64,000 bases of DNA from an uncultured bacterium (lineage in GTDB: Bacteria > Babelota > Babeliae > Babelales > Babelaceae). The notes beneath the pieces were generated by a model. It was not told the DNA's origin. It ran no database searches and was given only the letters and a program-made list of their open reading frames with translations. Shown here piece by piece: positions 10,196 through 20,684 of this stretch (positions are counted from its first letter, which is position 1; every line of letters begins with the position of its first letter). Location of the stretch: positions 736,001-800,000 of the forward strand of contig CAWKFG010000004.1 in NCBI GenBank assembly GCA_963848965.1, in the 5' to 3' direction. Position numbers and translations under genes: made by a program.

Positions 10196-11866
10196 CTAAA
10201 GTACTTCTGATTTTACAAGTACTTTTTTGCCATGGAATGCTATACCGTAAGCTATACTCTCTTTAATGCCTTGTGATCGTAGCTCTTGAGCATAGTGTTT
10301 TTGGTGTATCTGATCCAGAGCTTTTTGAGCTGCAGATTCAAGATTCTCTAATTCAGATACCTTTTTGAATTCGATTATTATTCCACGCTTATGCGGTTCT
10401 CGAGGAATCAGCATAATATCATATCGTCCGAATCCGCTTTCACGATTTGACTTTACCTCATATGTATCATTCAGCATAACTAAAAGACCGAGCACAAAAA
10501 GATGATAACTCTTTTCTGGTTCCGAAGCTGGTAAATCATACATACTCATACTATTAAGAGCAAAGCCCTGAAGCAGTTCTTGAAAAACTACTGTATTACC
10601 CTGCACAAGTGCTTTCAATAACTCTTCTGCTTGATGACCAACTATAGCTTCTATGAAAATTGCCTTGATTAAAGAGGCATACAGATGTGATACTTCCTCA
10701 TTTGGAATGATAAGAGAACAAACTTTTTTTCCTTTTATAAGTTCATAATGAATATAGGTAAGATATCCAGTAAAAAGTAACAAACTCCATAAGACATGTG
10801 GAACTTGCTCAATTTCTGAAAAAGTAATTGATTCTTCTATCTCTTTAACAAGTATGTCACCATGTAAAAGATCTTCAAGCTCAGTTTTTGTGGCTCTATC
10901 TGCTCGAGCAATAAGCCTTTTCAAAAGTACGTTATCGCTGGTATTAACCCAATATAATTCTAAAGAGCCTTGATTTTGAGCACATTTCAAAACAGACCAC
11001 GGATTATAGAGAGTAGTCATATGGCCGAAAGTGTATCCGTTATACCAAGCACGAACGTCTTTATAAAGACTTTGTAATGCAAAATCCTGGAAAAGCACTT
11101 TTATTTCTTCATCAGTAAAACCAAATTTATCCGCCAAATGTACACTTGTGAGAGTAAAAACGTTAAGATTATTGAGCCCTGTAAATATCCCTGACTTAGC
11201 AAGAGCAAGAATTCCCGTAAGTACACTGCGCTCTAAATAACGATTATCTTTAAGCACTCCTGTAAGAATAGACCTCATAAACTCAAGCATAGAGGTATAA
11301 TACCCATGCATATATGCTGCATGCAAAGGAACGTCATATTCGTCTAAAAGAACAACAACCCTTTCTTTATAGCATGCATATAAAACTTCTGTTAAAAATA
11401 AAAGACTTCTTTCAAATGCTACCTTATCGGCCGACTTTGACAAGATTGCTTCGTATTCAACTCTTTGGTAAGAAGAAAGCGTCCCTAAAACAACAGACGC
11501 ATGTCGGTGAAATTCATCTGAGATAACATTTATAATATGTTTATAAGCATCTTCCCAGGTAGCAACTTTAACATCTTTAAAAGTAAGAAAAATAACTGGG
11601 TAACGTCCTTGGTAGTGGCGATAATTTGCTTCTTTCCAAATATCCATCGGATGGAAAAGATGATCATTATTTTCTTGAGTACGCTCAAAAAAATATCTGA
11701 GCATTGATAAATTAAGCGTTTTACCGAATCTCCGAGGACGAGGAATAAGAGTCACCTCTCCTCCAACAGTTATAAGATCTTTTACAAGAAATGTTTTATC
11801 AACATAGTAATAATCGCCCTCAATAAGCTTTTTATAATCGCTGATACCTATAGGAAGTTTCTTCAT
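10196..11866 (-). CDS. AAA-ATPase-like protein with C-terminal PD-(D/E)XK nuclease domain
   Basis: LPIGISDY, YYVDKT, PRPRRFGKTLNLSML, LLDEYD, SNRESGFGRYDI...IIEFK. Confidence 0.88.
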   Translation of the reverse strand: MKKLPIGISDYKKLIEGDYYYVDKTFLVKDLITVGGEVTLIPRPRRFGKTLNLSMLRYFFERTQENNDHLFHPMDIWKEANYRHYQGRYPVIFLTFKDVKVATWEDAYKHIINVISDEFHRHASVVLGTLSSYQRVEYEAILSKSADKVAFERSLLFLTEVLYACYKERVVVLLDEYDVPLHAAYMHGYYTSMLEFMRSILTGVLKDNRYLERSVLTGILALAKSGIFTGLNNLNVFTLTSVHLADKFGFTDEEIKVLFQDFALQSLYKDVRAWYNGYTFGHMTTLYNPWSVLKCAQNQGSLELYWVNTSDNVLLKRLIARADRATKTELEDLLHGDILVKEIEESITFSEIEQVPHVLWSLLLFTGYLTYIHYELIKGKKVCSLIIPNEEVSHLYASLIKAIFIEAIVGHQAEELLKALVQGNTVVFQELLQGFALNSMSMYDLPASEPEKSYHLFVLGLLVMLNDTYEVKSNRESGFGRYDIMLIPREPHKRGIIIEFKKVSELENLESAAQKALDQIHQKHYAQELRSQGIKESIAYGIAFHGKKVLVKSEVL

Positions 11867-12114
11867 ATACCTTTTCCTAAGAGTTTTTGAGTTCGTTGTC
11901 TCTTTCTTAAGTCATTATCTTAGTATATCATAGAAGCTAGAGAAATAAGAGCCTTATAACTTTGAGCATTGCATAGTATGCAAAAGTGTTTTATAATGGT
12001 AGTATAGATAAGTTACAATACTCTTATAAAGAAGGCAATAGCCCTTGCTAGAAGGCAAAGTTTGTATCCTAGTCTAAATTAAAGTCATAGTTTAGCGAAA
12101 TTTAAAGGATTTTT

Positions 12115-12456
12115 ATGCTTTACGGTTTACTTATAACATTATTCGTTGTCCTCTGTGCTACACTTATACTTCTTATCCTTATTCAAAAAGGTAAAAGCAG
12201 TATGGGCCTTGGTAACTTGGGCGGTGGTACCCAGCTTTTATTTGGTGGTTCTGGCGGTCAAGATGTGATGCAAAAAGCTACCTGGGTTATGGGAACCATT
12301 TTTATGTGTGGTTCATTAGTTATTGCTATGATTAAAAAGCCTGTTACTTCTGATATCCTTGGACAGCTGAGCACACAACAAGCAGCTCCTGCTATTAAGG
12401 TTCCTGCGGCACCTACAGCACAAGCTCAACAACCAGCACAGCAGCCTCAAAAATAA
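12115..12456 (+). CDS. secG: Preprotein translocase subunit SecG
   Basis: Two TM segments around LIQKGKSSMG...LFGGSG..DVMQKAT. Confidence 0.9.
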   Translation: MLYGLLITLFVVLCATLILLILIQKGKSSMGLGNLGGGTQLLFGGSGGQDVMQKATWVMGTIFMCGSLVIAMIKKPVTSDILGQLSTQQAAPAIKVPAAPTAQAQQPAQQPQK

Positions 12457-12474
12457 CTTTATAGGACGGTACCG

Positions 12475-13254
12475 ATGGAACTGTTTACTGTCCTTGGTAC
12501 TTCAGCCCTCTATGCTTTGTATGGATTAGGCGCCTTTGTTTTATTTGTACTTAATAGCATTTCAACCTTTTTCTCTACAAAGTTAAAAACAAAGCAGCTT
12601 GCTATCCAAATGAAACGTATAGGAGTTGATTCGTTTCCCATCATTGTGTTAAGCAGCCTTTCTGTAGGCTTCGCTCTTGCCTTACAAACCTATATTGGTC
12701 TTATACGCTTTGGTGGTGAAGAGGTGCTTGGTGTTGTCGTAGCTCTAGGTATAACACGAGAATTGGGGCCCGTTCTTACTGCTCTTATGGTTACTGGCCG
12801 TTGTGGTTCTGCCATGGCAGCAGAACTTGGTACTATGCAAATTACTGAACAAATAGATGCCTTACGAACCTTGCGTATTAATCCTTATCAATATCTTGTT
12901 GTACCTCGTATTGTAGCAGCTACTGTTATTCTTCCTTTTCTAACGGTTTTTGCAATGATCTGCGGTATTACAGGAGGATATCTTTATACTGCTTATGCAT
13001 CAGACTTAAATGCAAGCACGTATGTGACAAACATTCAGCAATATATAATGCTCAAAGACATTTTAGGCGGCCTTATAAAGTCGAGCTTTTTTGGCCTTAT
13101 TCTTGCAACAGTAGGTACCTACATGGGTTATACAACATCTGGTGGAGCAGAAGGTGTCGGCAAAGGAACAACACAAAGTGTCGTTATAGGCTCTATAGCT
13201 ATTCTGGTAGCTAATTACTTTTTAAGTTCACTCTTGTTTAAGGTGGGCATATGA
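12475..13254 (+). CDS. mlaE: MlaE-family ABC permease
   Basis: RELGPVLTALMVTGRCGSAMAAELGTMQITEQIDAL, YLVVPR, GAEGVG..T..SVV. Confidence 0.92.
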   Translation: MELFTVLGTSALYALYGLGAFVLFVLNSISTFFSTKLKTKQLAIQMKRIGVDSFPIIVLSSLSVGFALALQTYIGLIRFGGEEVLGVVVALGITRELGPVLTALMVTGRCGSAMAAELGTMQITEQIDALRTLRINPYQYLVVPRIVAATVILPFLTVFAMICGITGGYLYTAYASDLNASTYVTNIQQYIMLKDILGGLIKSSFFGLILATVGTYMGYTTSGGAEGVGKGTTQSVVIGSIAILVANYFLSSLLFKVGI

Positions 13255-14030
13255 TTGAACTTATTGATCTTAAAAAGCAATTTGATGATCGTTGGATTAC
13301 TAATGGCATTACACTCAGCATTCCAACAGGTAAAGCTACGTGCATTATAGGAAGATCTGGAGAAGGTAAATCAGTTTTATTAAAGCAAATTATGGGGCTC
13401 ATTAAGCCTACGTCTGGCAAAATACTCATTGAAGGCAAAGATATAACAACTCTAAAAGAAAAGCAAAAAGAAGAGCTTTTTAAAAAGTGCGGCTATGTAT
13501 TTCAGTTTGCAGCACTTCTTGATTCTTTAAACATCCTTGAAAACGTAGGGCTCACATTGTTAGAGCATGGTGCTTCTTTAGAGCAAGTAACGCCTATAGT
13601 CAAAGAAAAACTCGCTTTAGTAAATCTTGGTGAAGATATTCTTTATAAATACCCTTCAGAGCTTTCTGGTGGTATGCGCAAACGAGTAGGCATTGCCCGA
13701 ACTCTTATTTCTAACCCTTCAATTATCCTCTATGATGAACCGACAACTGGCCTTGATCCTATAACATCTCGACTTGTCTATGAGCTTATCGCAGACACAC
13801 AAAAGCGATTTAAGGTAACTTCAGTAGTTATTTCACATGATGTTGAGATATTCAAGTATGTTGATCATGTAGCACTATTGCAAGAGGGCCAAATAAAATA
13901 CTTTGGTGATGCAAAAACTATTTGGGACTCAGATAATCCTTATGTCTATCAATTCATCCGCGGTCTTTTAAAAGGCCCTATTCAACCTGATGTTACTATA
14001 CGTATGCGTCAACGAAGATTTAAAAAGTAA
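13251..14030 (+). CDS. mlaF: MlaF-family ABC ATPase
   Basis: GRSGEGKS, PSELSGGMRKRVGIAR, LYDEPTTGLDP; overlaps the mlaE stop (ATGA). Confidence 0.9.
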   Translation: MIELIDLKKQFDDRWITNGITLSIPTGKATCIIGRSGEGKSVLLKQIMGLIKPTSGKILIEGKDITTLKEKQKEELFKKCGYVFQFAALLDSLNILENVGLTLLEHGASLEQVTPIVKEKLALVNLGEDILYKYPSELSGGMRKRVGIARTLISNPSIILYDEPTTGLDPITSRLVYELIADTQKRFKVTSVVISHDVEIFKYVDHVALLQEGQIKYFGDAKTIWDSDNPYVYQFIRGLLKGPIQPDVTIRMRQRRFKK

Positions 14031-14032
14031 TA

Positions 14033-14719
14033 TTAGTCTTCGTCGCCTTCTGATCTTCCTAAAATTTCCTGAGCGTCTTGTACAACATCAAGGAAGAACT
14101 CTGCTGTTTTTCGAAAATGCTTTGTCTGCATAGCCTTTGACTGCTTAGCTTCTTGTAGCTGTAAAACACTCAATGCTGGTAGTACCTTTGTAAGGAATTC
14201 AAGCCGCAAATAGTTCATATCTTCTAGAATTTCAGGATCTGTAATAGCTCTTTGCTGTAATAGTGCAGGATTTTCTTTTACTCTTTCAAGAATAGTTCCA
14301 AAACGAGTCAGAAGATTTAGTAACGTTTGTCTATCAGTATCACTTAATACTTCATTTATCTTAGATACTAATATTGCAAAGCTATCTCTTAAGCTTTCGA
14401 TTACATTATCTAATGAATCTTTAAATTCTTCACTTTTGCTAGCCGTTCCTAAAGCACGAACAATATTCGTATAAGGAATAGATACACGCCCTGGTGCACG
14501 AGAAGCTGCAGATCTTTTATCTTTTAACAATTTTGCAACAATGCGCTGAATATCCTCTCTTCTTATGGGCTCTCGCGTTTCAGATACCCGAGCAGTTTCT
14601 TCAGGTTGAATATCAATAATAATCTCTTCCTCATCACCTGCTGTCCTAGATGCTGCATCTTCAAACTCTTGTGCTATGCACAGTGGAGTAAATGTAAGAA
14701 CCATCCATAACTTTTTCAT
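14033..14719 (-). CDS. Hypothetical exported helical protein (start reassigned to MKKLWM)
   Basis: Long ORF; a signal-peptide-like sequence begins at the ATG at 14719, and the upstream extension is AT-rich promoter-like DNA. Confidence 0.6.
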   Translation of the reverse strand: MKKLWMVLTFTPLCIAQEFEDAASRTAGDEEEIIIDIQPEETARVSETREPIRREDIQRIVAKLLKDKRSAASRAPGRVSIPYTNIVRALGTASKSEEFKDSLDNVIESLRDSFAILVSKINEVLSDTDRQTLLNLLTRFGTILERVKENPALLQQRAITDPEILEDMNYLRLEFLTKVLPALSVLQLQEAKQSKAMQTKHFRKTAEFFLDVVQDAQEILGRSEGDED

Positions 14720-14951
14720 ACTCTTTTTCCCTTTGCATAAAAATTGTTTAATACCTTTACTATTTATATTACCATTTTTTAATTTCAAATAGCAATTGTA
14801 ATGCTTATTTGAGGTATAATAATTAAAAAAACCCTTGCTGCTACGCACCTTTTTATGCCATACCGGTAAAAAGAGGGTGTTGAAAAAAACAAATATTTAG
14901 CCTACTATTATTCAATAAAACTGTATAATCCTTATAAATAAAGGGGGCCTT

Positions 14952-15323
14952 ATGCTACATAGATATATTTTATTAGCAACTATAATAACCTTCCTCTTTT
15001 CTCTTAATGCTATGTATAATAAAGAAAATAACTCTCCACTAGCAAACGGTGTAAACTTTCACTCCGTGTGTGGTAATCCAGAAGGATATGTTTTCAGAGG
15101 ACATTATCAAAACAAATTGTCATTCGATTCTCCGCTTGCAGATGGCGGACGTTTGGTAGTAACAAAAGTTGTACGAGGAGATCATGAAGGCGATATAGAA
15201 GCGAAAGTATACCCTTCCAATAGTACAGCGTATGCTCTTCCACTATCCGTAGCTCTCTGGTGCTTTAATCTTTTATCAAAACGATTTTATCAACAATCAA
15301 GCAATATTGTAGAGAAGGCATAA
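14952..15323 (+). CDS. Small exported hypothetical protein, paralog of 18072-18383
   Basis: Signal peptide, GGGGG RBS; C-terminus KRFYQQSSNIVEKA identical to the paralog. Confidence 0.7.
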   Translation: MLHRYILLATIITFLFSLNAMYNKENNSPLANGVNFHSVCGNPEGYVFRGHYQNKLSFDSPLADGGRLVVTKVVRGDHEGDIEAKVYPSNSTAYALPLSVALWCFNLLSKRFYQQSSNIVEKA

Positions 15324-15596
15324 ACTCAGACATAAGTATTCATGCACTTTTCTCTTAGTACTTATCACAGATACGAAAGTTGTTAACAGATAAGCTCTTG
15401 AGCGTAATTTCTTTCTGCTCAAGAGCCTTTCAAGTAGCAATGTCCAACTCTCTAACTTCTTCAGATACTGTTATAGTGCCTTAATATACAAAGATAACCA
15501 TTAAATCCATTATATTATGTAGTATATTTGCTAATAAACGAATTATGTTATATTATAATATAAAATATTTATTAAAATTAAAAATAAAGGCACAGA

Positions 15597-15974
15597 ATGC
15601 TTAAAATAATACTGCTTATAACCCTTATGACACTCAACTTTTTTAGTTACACAATGGAAGAACAGCAATTAAGTTCTCCTCAATCTACTAATACTACCTC
15701 TCTTCAAGAGCAGGAAGTACAAAGACTATTATCTTTTTTACGCCAGTCGGAAGATGAAGATAGAGCCATTTTAGGTTTACATAGTACACGATCTACTTTA
15801 CTCAATATACTACCGCACCTTTCTGCTAACACAGAAATAGATCCTTTAGAAAAGGGGTACATCTTTAGTTCAACATCTACGTATTCTATGGGCAAAAGTA
15901 CTATGCCTGCTCCCGCTTCACCATTATCAGAAGAACAAGGTAAGCGTAAAGAAACCAAGCAAGAAGGTAAATAA
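15597..15974 (+). CDS. Exported hypothetical protein; shares N-terminus with ankyrin protein 18675-20684 (possibly truncated paralog)
   Basis: MLKIILLI...YTME.Q..SSP......QEVQRL shared with 18675. Confidence 0.55.
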   Translation: MLKIILLITLMTLNFFSYTMEEQQLSSPQSTNTTSLQEQEVQRLLSFLRQSEDEDRAILGLHSTRSTLLNILPHLSANTEIDPLEKGYIFSSTSTYSMGKSTMPAPASPLSEEQGKRKETKQEGK

Positions 15975-16068
15975 ATCTTATTGAATATTCTAACTTTAAA
16001 ATACGTGGACAACTTTTTATGCAGATTCTATACTAATATTATTTAAGTATAAGAAAAGAAAGAACTGC

Positions 16069-17658
16069 ATGAAGAAAGCACTTATTATTTTTATCTTATT
16101 AGTTGTTGGTATATACATAGGCTATCGCACTTTACATCCAACTCAACCATCTCCTTACACACTCTATGCCAACCTTATACCAGGTACTTATAGAGTTGGT
16201 TTTACTAACCTTGATAAAGAAGTAGCTCTTGAAGATCTGCCTATCAAAGGAACAATTCCTGTATGGCTCTCTGGGACACTGCTTCGTAATGGTCCTGCAA
16301 AGTTTACCCAAGGCAACAGTGCAGTGTCTAATTGGTTTGATGGACTTGGTATGCTGCATGCATTTTCATTTCATGATGGTAAAGTCTCATACGCTAATAA
16401 ATTTTTACGCTCTGACGATTATGAGACTGTTCAAAGAACAGGTAAGATGTCATACGCAGGCTTTGCGCAAGACCCTTGTAAATCACTGTTTAAAAGATTT
16501 TTCTCGTTCTTTGTTCCAGCTTCTAAAAAGCTATCTATGCCAAATGCAAACGTTAACATCGCACGGTATACAGATACCTTCATAGCATTAACTGAAACTC
16601 CATTACCTATCACATTTGATTCAAAGACACTTGATACGCTTGGTGTCTTACATTACAACGACACATTCCCAAAATCAAAAATACATGAAAGTGCACATCC
16701 GCAGTATGATCCAGAAAGAAAAGAGCATATAAGTTACCTTACTCAATTTGGACGAGTCAGCAAGCTTGTACTTTATCGCATTAAAGATGGAACAACACAA
16801 AGACAGCCTATTGCTACCATAGAAGTAGATAGACCTTCGTATATGCATAGCTTTGCACTTACAAAACAGTATGCAATTCTAACTGCTATCCCTTTAGTAG
16901 TTAATCCACTTGATCTTCTTTTAAAGCAACAAGCATTTATCAAGAACTTTAAATGGCAGCCAGAGCGAGGAACTCAGTTTATTGTTATTGACAGAATTAA
17001 TGATAAACTCATTGGCTCTTTTAAAGGACCTGCATTTTTCACATTCCATCATGTAAATGCATATGAACAAGATGATAGTCTTATACTTGATCTTATAGCA
17101 TATCCTGATGGCAAAGACATTGGACAAGCGTCATTAGATAAAATTTTAGCTCAAAAGCACAAACAAAGTTCTACTCCTGTAGCAGAACCTGACGTTGAAG
17201 TTGTAGAAACTGGTAAGTTAACACGTTATACAGTTGCAATGAAAACAAAGCAGATAACACAAGAGGCTATCTCACAAGAGCTTATTGAACTACCACGTAT
17301 TAATGACTCATTTAATGGCAAAGACTATACGTATGTATACGCTGCAGGCAGAAATGATAAAGAGATGTCTTATGTGTTTGATATGCTTGCAAAAATTAAT
17401 GTAAAAACAAAAGAGGTAAAAAAATGGTATCAAGATAAGTGCTATCCAGGAGAACCTGTATTTGTACCATCTCCACAAGCTCAAAAAGAGGACGATGGTA
17501 TTGTTCTTTCAGTTGTACTTGATGCACAAAAAGGAACTTCGTTTTTACTTATTTTAAACGCAGAAACGTTTACTGAGCTTGGTAGAGCAGAACTTCCACA
17601 CCATGTTCCATTCGGCATTCATGGCATTTATACAAAGAAATCAGATGCTAGATATTAA
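16069..17658 (+). CDS. Carotenoid cleavage oxygenase (RPE65/CCD family) with N-terminal signal or anchor
   Basis: G.IP.WLSGTLLRNGP, WFDGLGMLH, four Fe-ligand His (SAHP, YMHSF, FHHVNAYE, FGIHG), ELPRIN, GEPVFVP...EDDG. Confidence 0.9.
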   Translation: MKKALIIFILLVVGIYIGYRTLHPTQPSPYTLYANLIPGTYRVGFTNLDKEVALEDLPIKGTIPVWLSGTLLRNGPAKFTQGNSAVSNWFDGLGMLHAFSFHDGKVSYANKFLRSDDYETVQRTGKMSYAGFAQDPCKSLFKRFFSFFVPASKKLSMPNANVNIARYTDTFIALTETPLPITFDSKTLDTLGVLHYNDTFPKSKIHESAHPQYDPERKEHISYLTQFGRVSKLVLYRIKDGTTQRQPIATIEVDRPSYMHSFALTKQYAILTAIPLVVNPLDLLLKQQAFIKNFKWQPERGTQFIVIDRINDKLIGSFKGPAFFTFHHVNAYEQDDSLILDLIAYPDGKDIGQASLDKILAQKHKQSSTPVAEPDVEVVETGKLTRYTVAMKTKQITQEAISQELIELPRINDSFNGKDYTYVYAAGRNDKEMSYVFDMLAKINVKTKEVKKWYQDKCYPGEPVFVPSPQAQKEDDGIVLSVVLDAQKGTSFLLILNAETFTELGRAELPHHVPFGIHGIYTKKSDARY

Positions 17659-17675
17659 GTGGTAATAGACCGCTC

Positions 17676-18025
17676 GTGAATTACCTCCACCAGTAGAGGT
17701 GTGACTTCCTAAGAACTCTTGAGCAACCTCAAGATATTGATTAGGCTATCCCCGCCACCCCAGCGGTTCTTATATTTCTAGCAGCATTGATATCTCTGTC
17801 TTGAGAATATCCGCAATGCTGACAATCATACTATCTTTCTGATAGTTCTAGACTTTCTTTTATATTACCGCATGAAGACACGTTTTAGATGAAGGAAACC
17901 ATTTGTCTATCTTTATCAGCTGTTTGCCTCTGTCTGCAAGCTTATAGCCTAGCATTGTAACAAACTTACCCCAACCGTTGTCCGCTCCCACTTATAGAAG
18001 CTGGGAGAACTCTTGCTTAACTTTG
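17676..18025 (-). mobile_element. Internally deleted IS200/IS605-family element (both end hairpins plus 3' part of tnpB)
   Basis: Left-end-like hairpin CTCCCA..TGGGAG (17985-18007) abuts the tnpB fragment. Right-end-like hairpin ACCTC..GAGGT is followed by TTCAC, ending at 17676 on the minus strand. The left boundary is approximate. Confidence 0.75.
17741..17985 (-). pseudogene. tnpB: TnpB C-terminal fragment (zinc ribbon, RuvC-III) with frameshift and nonsense codon
   Basis: Manual translation: ADNGWGKFVTMLGYKLADRGKQLIKIDKWFPSSKTC/(frameshift)SCGNIKESLELSER*YDCQHCGYSQDRDINAARNIRTAGVAGIA*. Confidence 0.9.
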
Positions 18026-18071
18026 TTAAAAAGCTATATATCAGCCTTCCTCCTTCTTTTCTCTTAATGCC

Positions 18072-18383
18072 ATGTATGATAATACACATAGCACTTCTTT
18101 ACTACACGATACCTTTTTTTATATCTTGTGTGGACGCCCGGTAGGGTATGTCTACAGAGGTGAGCTTCAAAGTAAGCTTTCATATGATTCTCAACTTGCA
18201 TTAGGGGGACGTGTAATAGTAACTAAGGTTGTCCGAGGAAGTCGCGAAGGTGAAACAGAAGCAAAAATATACCCATCTATGGGCAATAACTTTGCTTTAC
18301 CGTCCTTTCTTGCTCGCTGGTGCTTTGGTCTTCTAGCAAAACGATTTTACCAACAATCAAGTAATATAGTAGAAAAGGCATAA
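18072..18383 (+). pseudogene. 5'-truncated paralog of 14952-15323 (signal peptide lost)
   Basis: DNA similarity to 14952 extends only about 15 nt upstream of the ATG (TTTTCTCTTAATGC); in-frame TAA at 18027-18029. Confidence 0.55.
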
Positions 18384-18674
18384 GCTCAAACTATCTATGA
18401 GAGCTCATACATTTTTCTCTTAGTACCTATCAAAAATATGACAACTCTTAACAAAAAGCTCTTGAGCATAGAATGATTACGCTCAAGAGCTTTTCAAGTA
18501 ATAGCGTTTCAGGTCTATAGCTACATTCTTTTACTTTTTCAGACCCTGGTATAGTTTCTTGATGTACAAAAATAACTAGTAATCCATTATAGTACCCAAC
18601 ATACTTGCCAATAAATAAATTATATTATAATATAACATAAAATAGTCATTAAAATTTATGAACAAAGGTACCGA

Positions 18675-20684
18675 ATGCTTAAAATAATTTTACTTATAAA
18701 CCTTGTGCTCATAGGTTTCTCTATTTATACAATGGAGAAAGAACAATCACCAAGCTCTCCTCATCTTACTATTCCTGTAAGCTCACAAGAATGGCAGGAG
18801 GTACAAAGGCTTATCTTCCTATTAAACCAATCAATTACTGCTCCTTTAATGCAAGAACAATCAATTAATCAAGAGATAACCAGTAATAGAGGTACCTGTG
18901 CGGCAGAGTCTCAAAGTAGTATACAGCTTGAACAGGAAGAAAGCTCTTCAAGCTCAGCACATAGCCTGACCGGCCCTTATTTTCCAATATCAGCTGCGCT
19001 TGAAAGAGGTAATTCAGGAGGACCAATAATATCTACAAGCGGTTATGTAAGTGGAACAGTACAAGATGATAGAGATTGTAGCTTCCTTCCCTTGATTGAC
19101 ACGGAACCTTATAGTACAAATTCTCAAAACGAAGATCATCCACCGGTCGGTGACAATAGACTAGCAGGTGATAATATTAGTACCCTCACTATTCCGCTTA
19201 GAACAGTTAGAGCACCACAACCGTCACCGATAAACGGAACTTTTCAGTATTTTATTGAGTCTACTGTACATCCTCTTGAAGTTACTGGCCGTATAGAAAA
19301 AAAAGATAAGATAAAGCCTACTTTTTCTATATGTTTTGATGATCATAGTGCCTTTCTTGCTCCAAATGCTACAATTTCTGAAGGAGCAGATCGTAGAAAA
19401 CAGGCCCAAGCAAGGATGGCTCTTACCCTCAAGCAATTAGAAGAAAAAGAAAGCCAAGAAAGAGTCCAAAAGCTTCTTAAGCTAAATTGTAAAGTGATAC
19501 CTTTTGGTAATACACCTGCAAATTTACTTTCACTTGTCATTATTAAGCTTGCTCAAATAGACAAACCAGACGAGCTACAATCGTTACCAAAAGAACTACA
19601 AGATGCAATTAGTACCTTTAAACAGGTTCTAGGAGATAAGAGACATAATCTCCTTAAAGCCATTGATTGTCAGCAATTCAGCATGCCTCTTGTAGAAGCA
19701 CTTATTATCGCAACCCCTGTTCTAAAACGAGAAGTGCTCATTAAACAAATCATCGAAAAAGCAGCTTATAACGCAGATATACCTCTCCTTTCTTTTTTTA
19801 AAGAAAAAGGAATTGATCTCTCTTTACACCGATCCCATAGGCTTGGCAACTCTCTTTTGCATATAGTATGTACCTCGCCAAGCACTAAAGCTCTTGAATC
19901 CATAGCCTTCCTACTTAACCATAAGATCGATATTAATGGCAAAGCTAAGGATGGCGCGACAGCTCTTCGTAGAGCGATAGAGGCTAGTAAAACAAGTATT
20001 GTAGAATATCTTTTAGCACATGGAGCAAGCATACAGACCAAAGATGTTCAAGGTAAAACTGTTCTACATCATGCAATAAACAAAGGACATAAAGAAATAG
20101 TAGACTTACTTATAGCTCATGGCGCTGATGTTAACGCTCAGGATAATAATAACAATACGCCTCTACATTCTCTTGCTGAAGCATTTCCTCTATCAGAAGG
20201 ACATAGCACTATAGTAAAATGCCTTTTAGATCATAAAGCTGATGTTACTATAAAAAACAGGCGCGGCCATACTCCTTTAACATTAGCACGCATAAATGGT
20301 GGAGCATGGCACAGCTCGCGCTCTACTTTGTTTAAAATAATGGCTATTCTAAAAGAATATGCTAAGCAATTAGGCCAGAAAGACGCTGAAAAACAAGAAA
20401 GTTTAACAGAAAGTTTTCTTAATGCAGCAGAAACGGGCAATATAGAAGCATTAAAGAGGCTACAAAACAAAGTATCTGTTAATAGCAAAGGAAAACAAGG
20501 CAATACTGCTCTTATGGTAGCAGCTCGTGCTGGCCGTACTGAGACAGTTCTTTATCTGTTAAGTCAAAAAGCAGATGTTTCGCTCACTAACGTATTTCAT
20601 GAAACTGTTGCTGTTTTAGCGCGCCAAACAGGTCAGCATCACATTGCTTACATAATTGAGAATGGTGTTATGAAACATTTATAA
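18675..20684 (+). CDS. Exported ankyrin-repeat protein with Ser-rich disordered N-terminal region
   Basis: Ankyrin repeats (GKTVLHHAINKGHKEIVDLLIAHGADVN etc.); signal peptide. Confidence 0.9.
   Translation: MLKIILLINLVLIGFSIYTMEKEQSPSSPHLTIPVSSQEWQEVQRLIFLLNQSITAPLMQEQSINQEITSNRGTCAAESQSSIQLEQEESSSSSAHSLTGPYFPISAALERGNSGGPIISTSGYVSGTVQDDRDCSFLPLIDTEPYSTNSQNEDHPPVGDNRLAGDNISTLTIPLRTVRAPQPSPINGTFQYFIESTVHPLEVTGRIEKKDKIKPTFSICFDDHSAFLAPNATISEGADRRKQAQARMALTLKQLEEKESQERVQKLLKLNCKVIPFGNTPANLLSLVIIKLAQIDKPDELQSLPKELQDAISTFKQVLGDKRHNLLKAIDCQQFSMPLVEALIIATPVLKREVLIKQIIEKAAYNADIPLLSFFKEKGIDLSLHRSHRLGNSLLHIVCTSPSTKALESIAFLLNHKIDINGKAKDGATALRRAIEASKTSIVEYLLAHGASIQTKDVQGKTVLHHAINKGHKEIVDLLIAHGADVNAQDNNNNTPLHSLAEAFPLSEGHSTIVKCLLDHKADVTIKNRRGHTPLTLARINGGAWHSSRSTLFKIMAILKEYAKQLGQKDAEKQESLTESFLNAAETGNIEALKRLQNKVSVNSKGKQGNTALMVAARAGRTETVLYLLSQKADVSLTNVFHETVAVLARQTGQHHIAYIIENGVMKHL

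Noticed and set aside
12475..14030. Complete Mla lipid transport operon
   Set aside because: Only mlaE and mlaF are present; no MCE-domain mlaD is in the window, so only the two genes are called.
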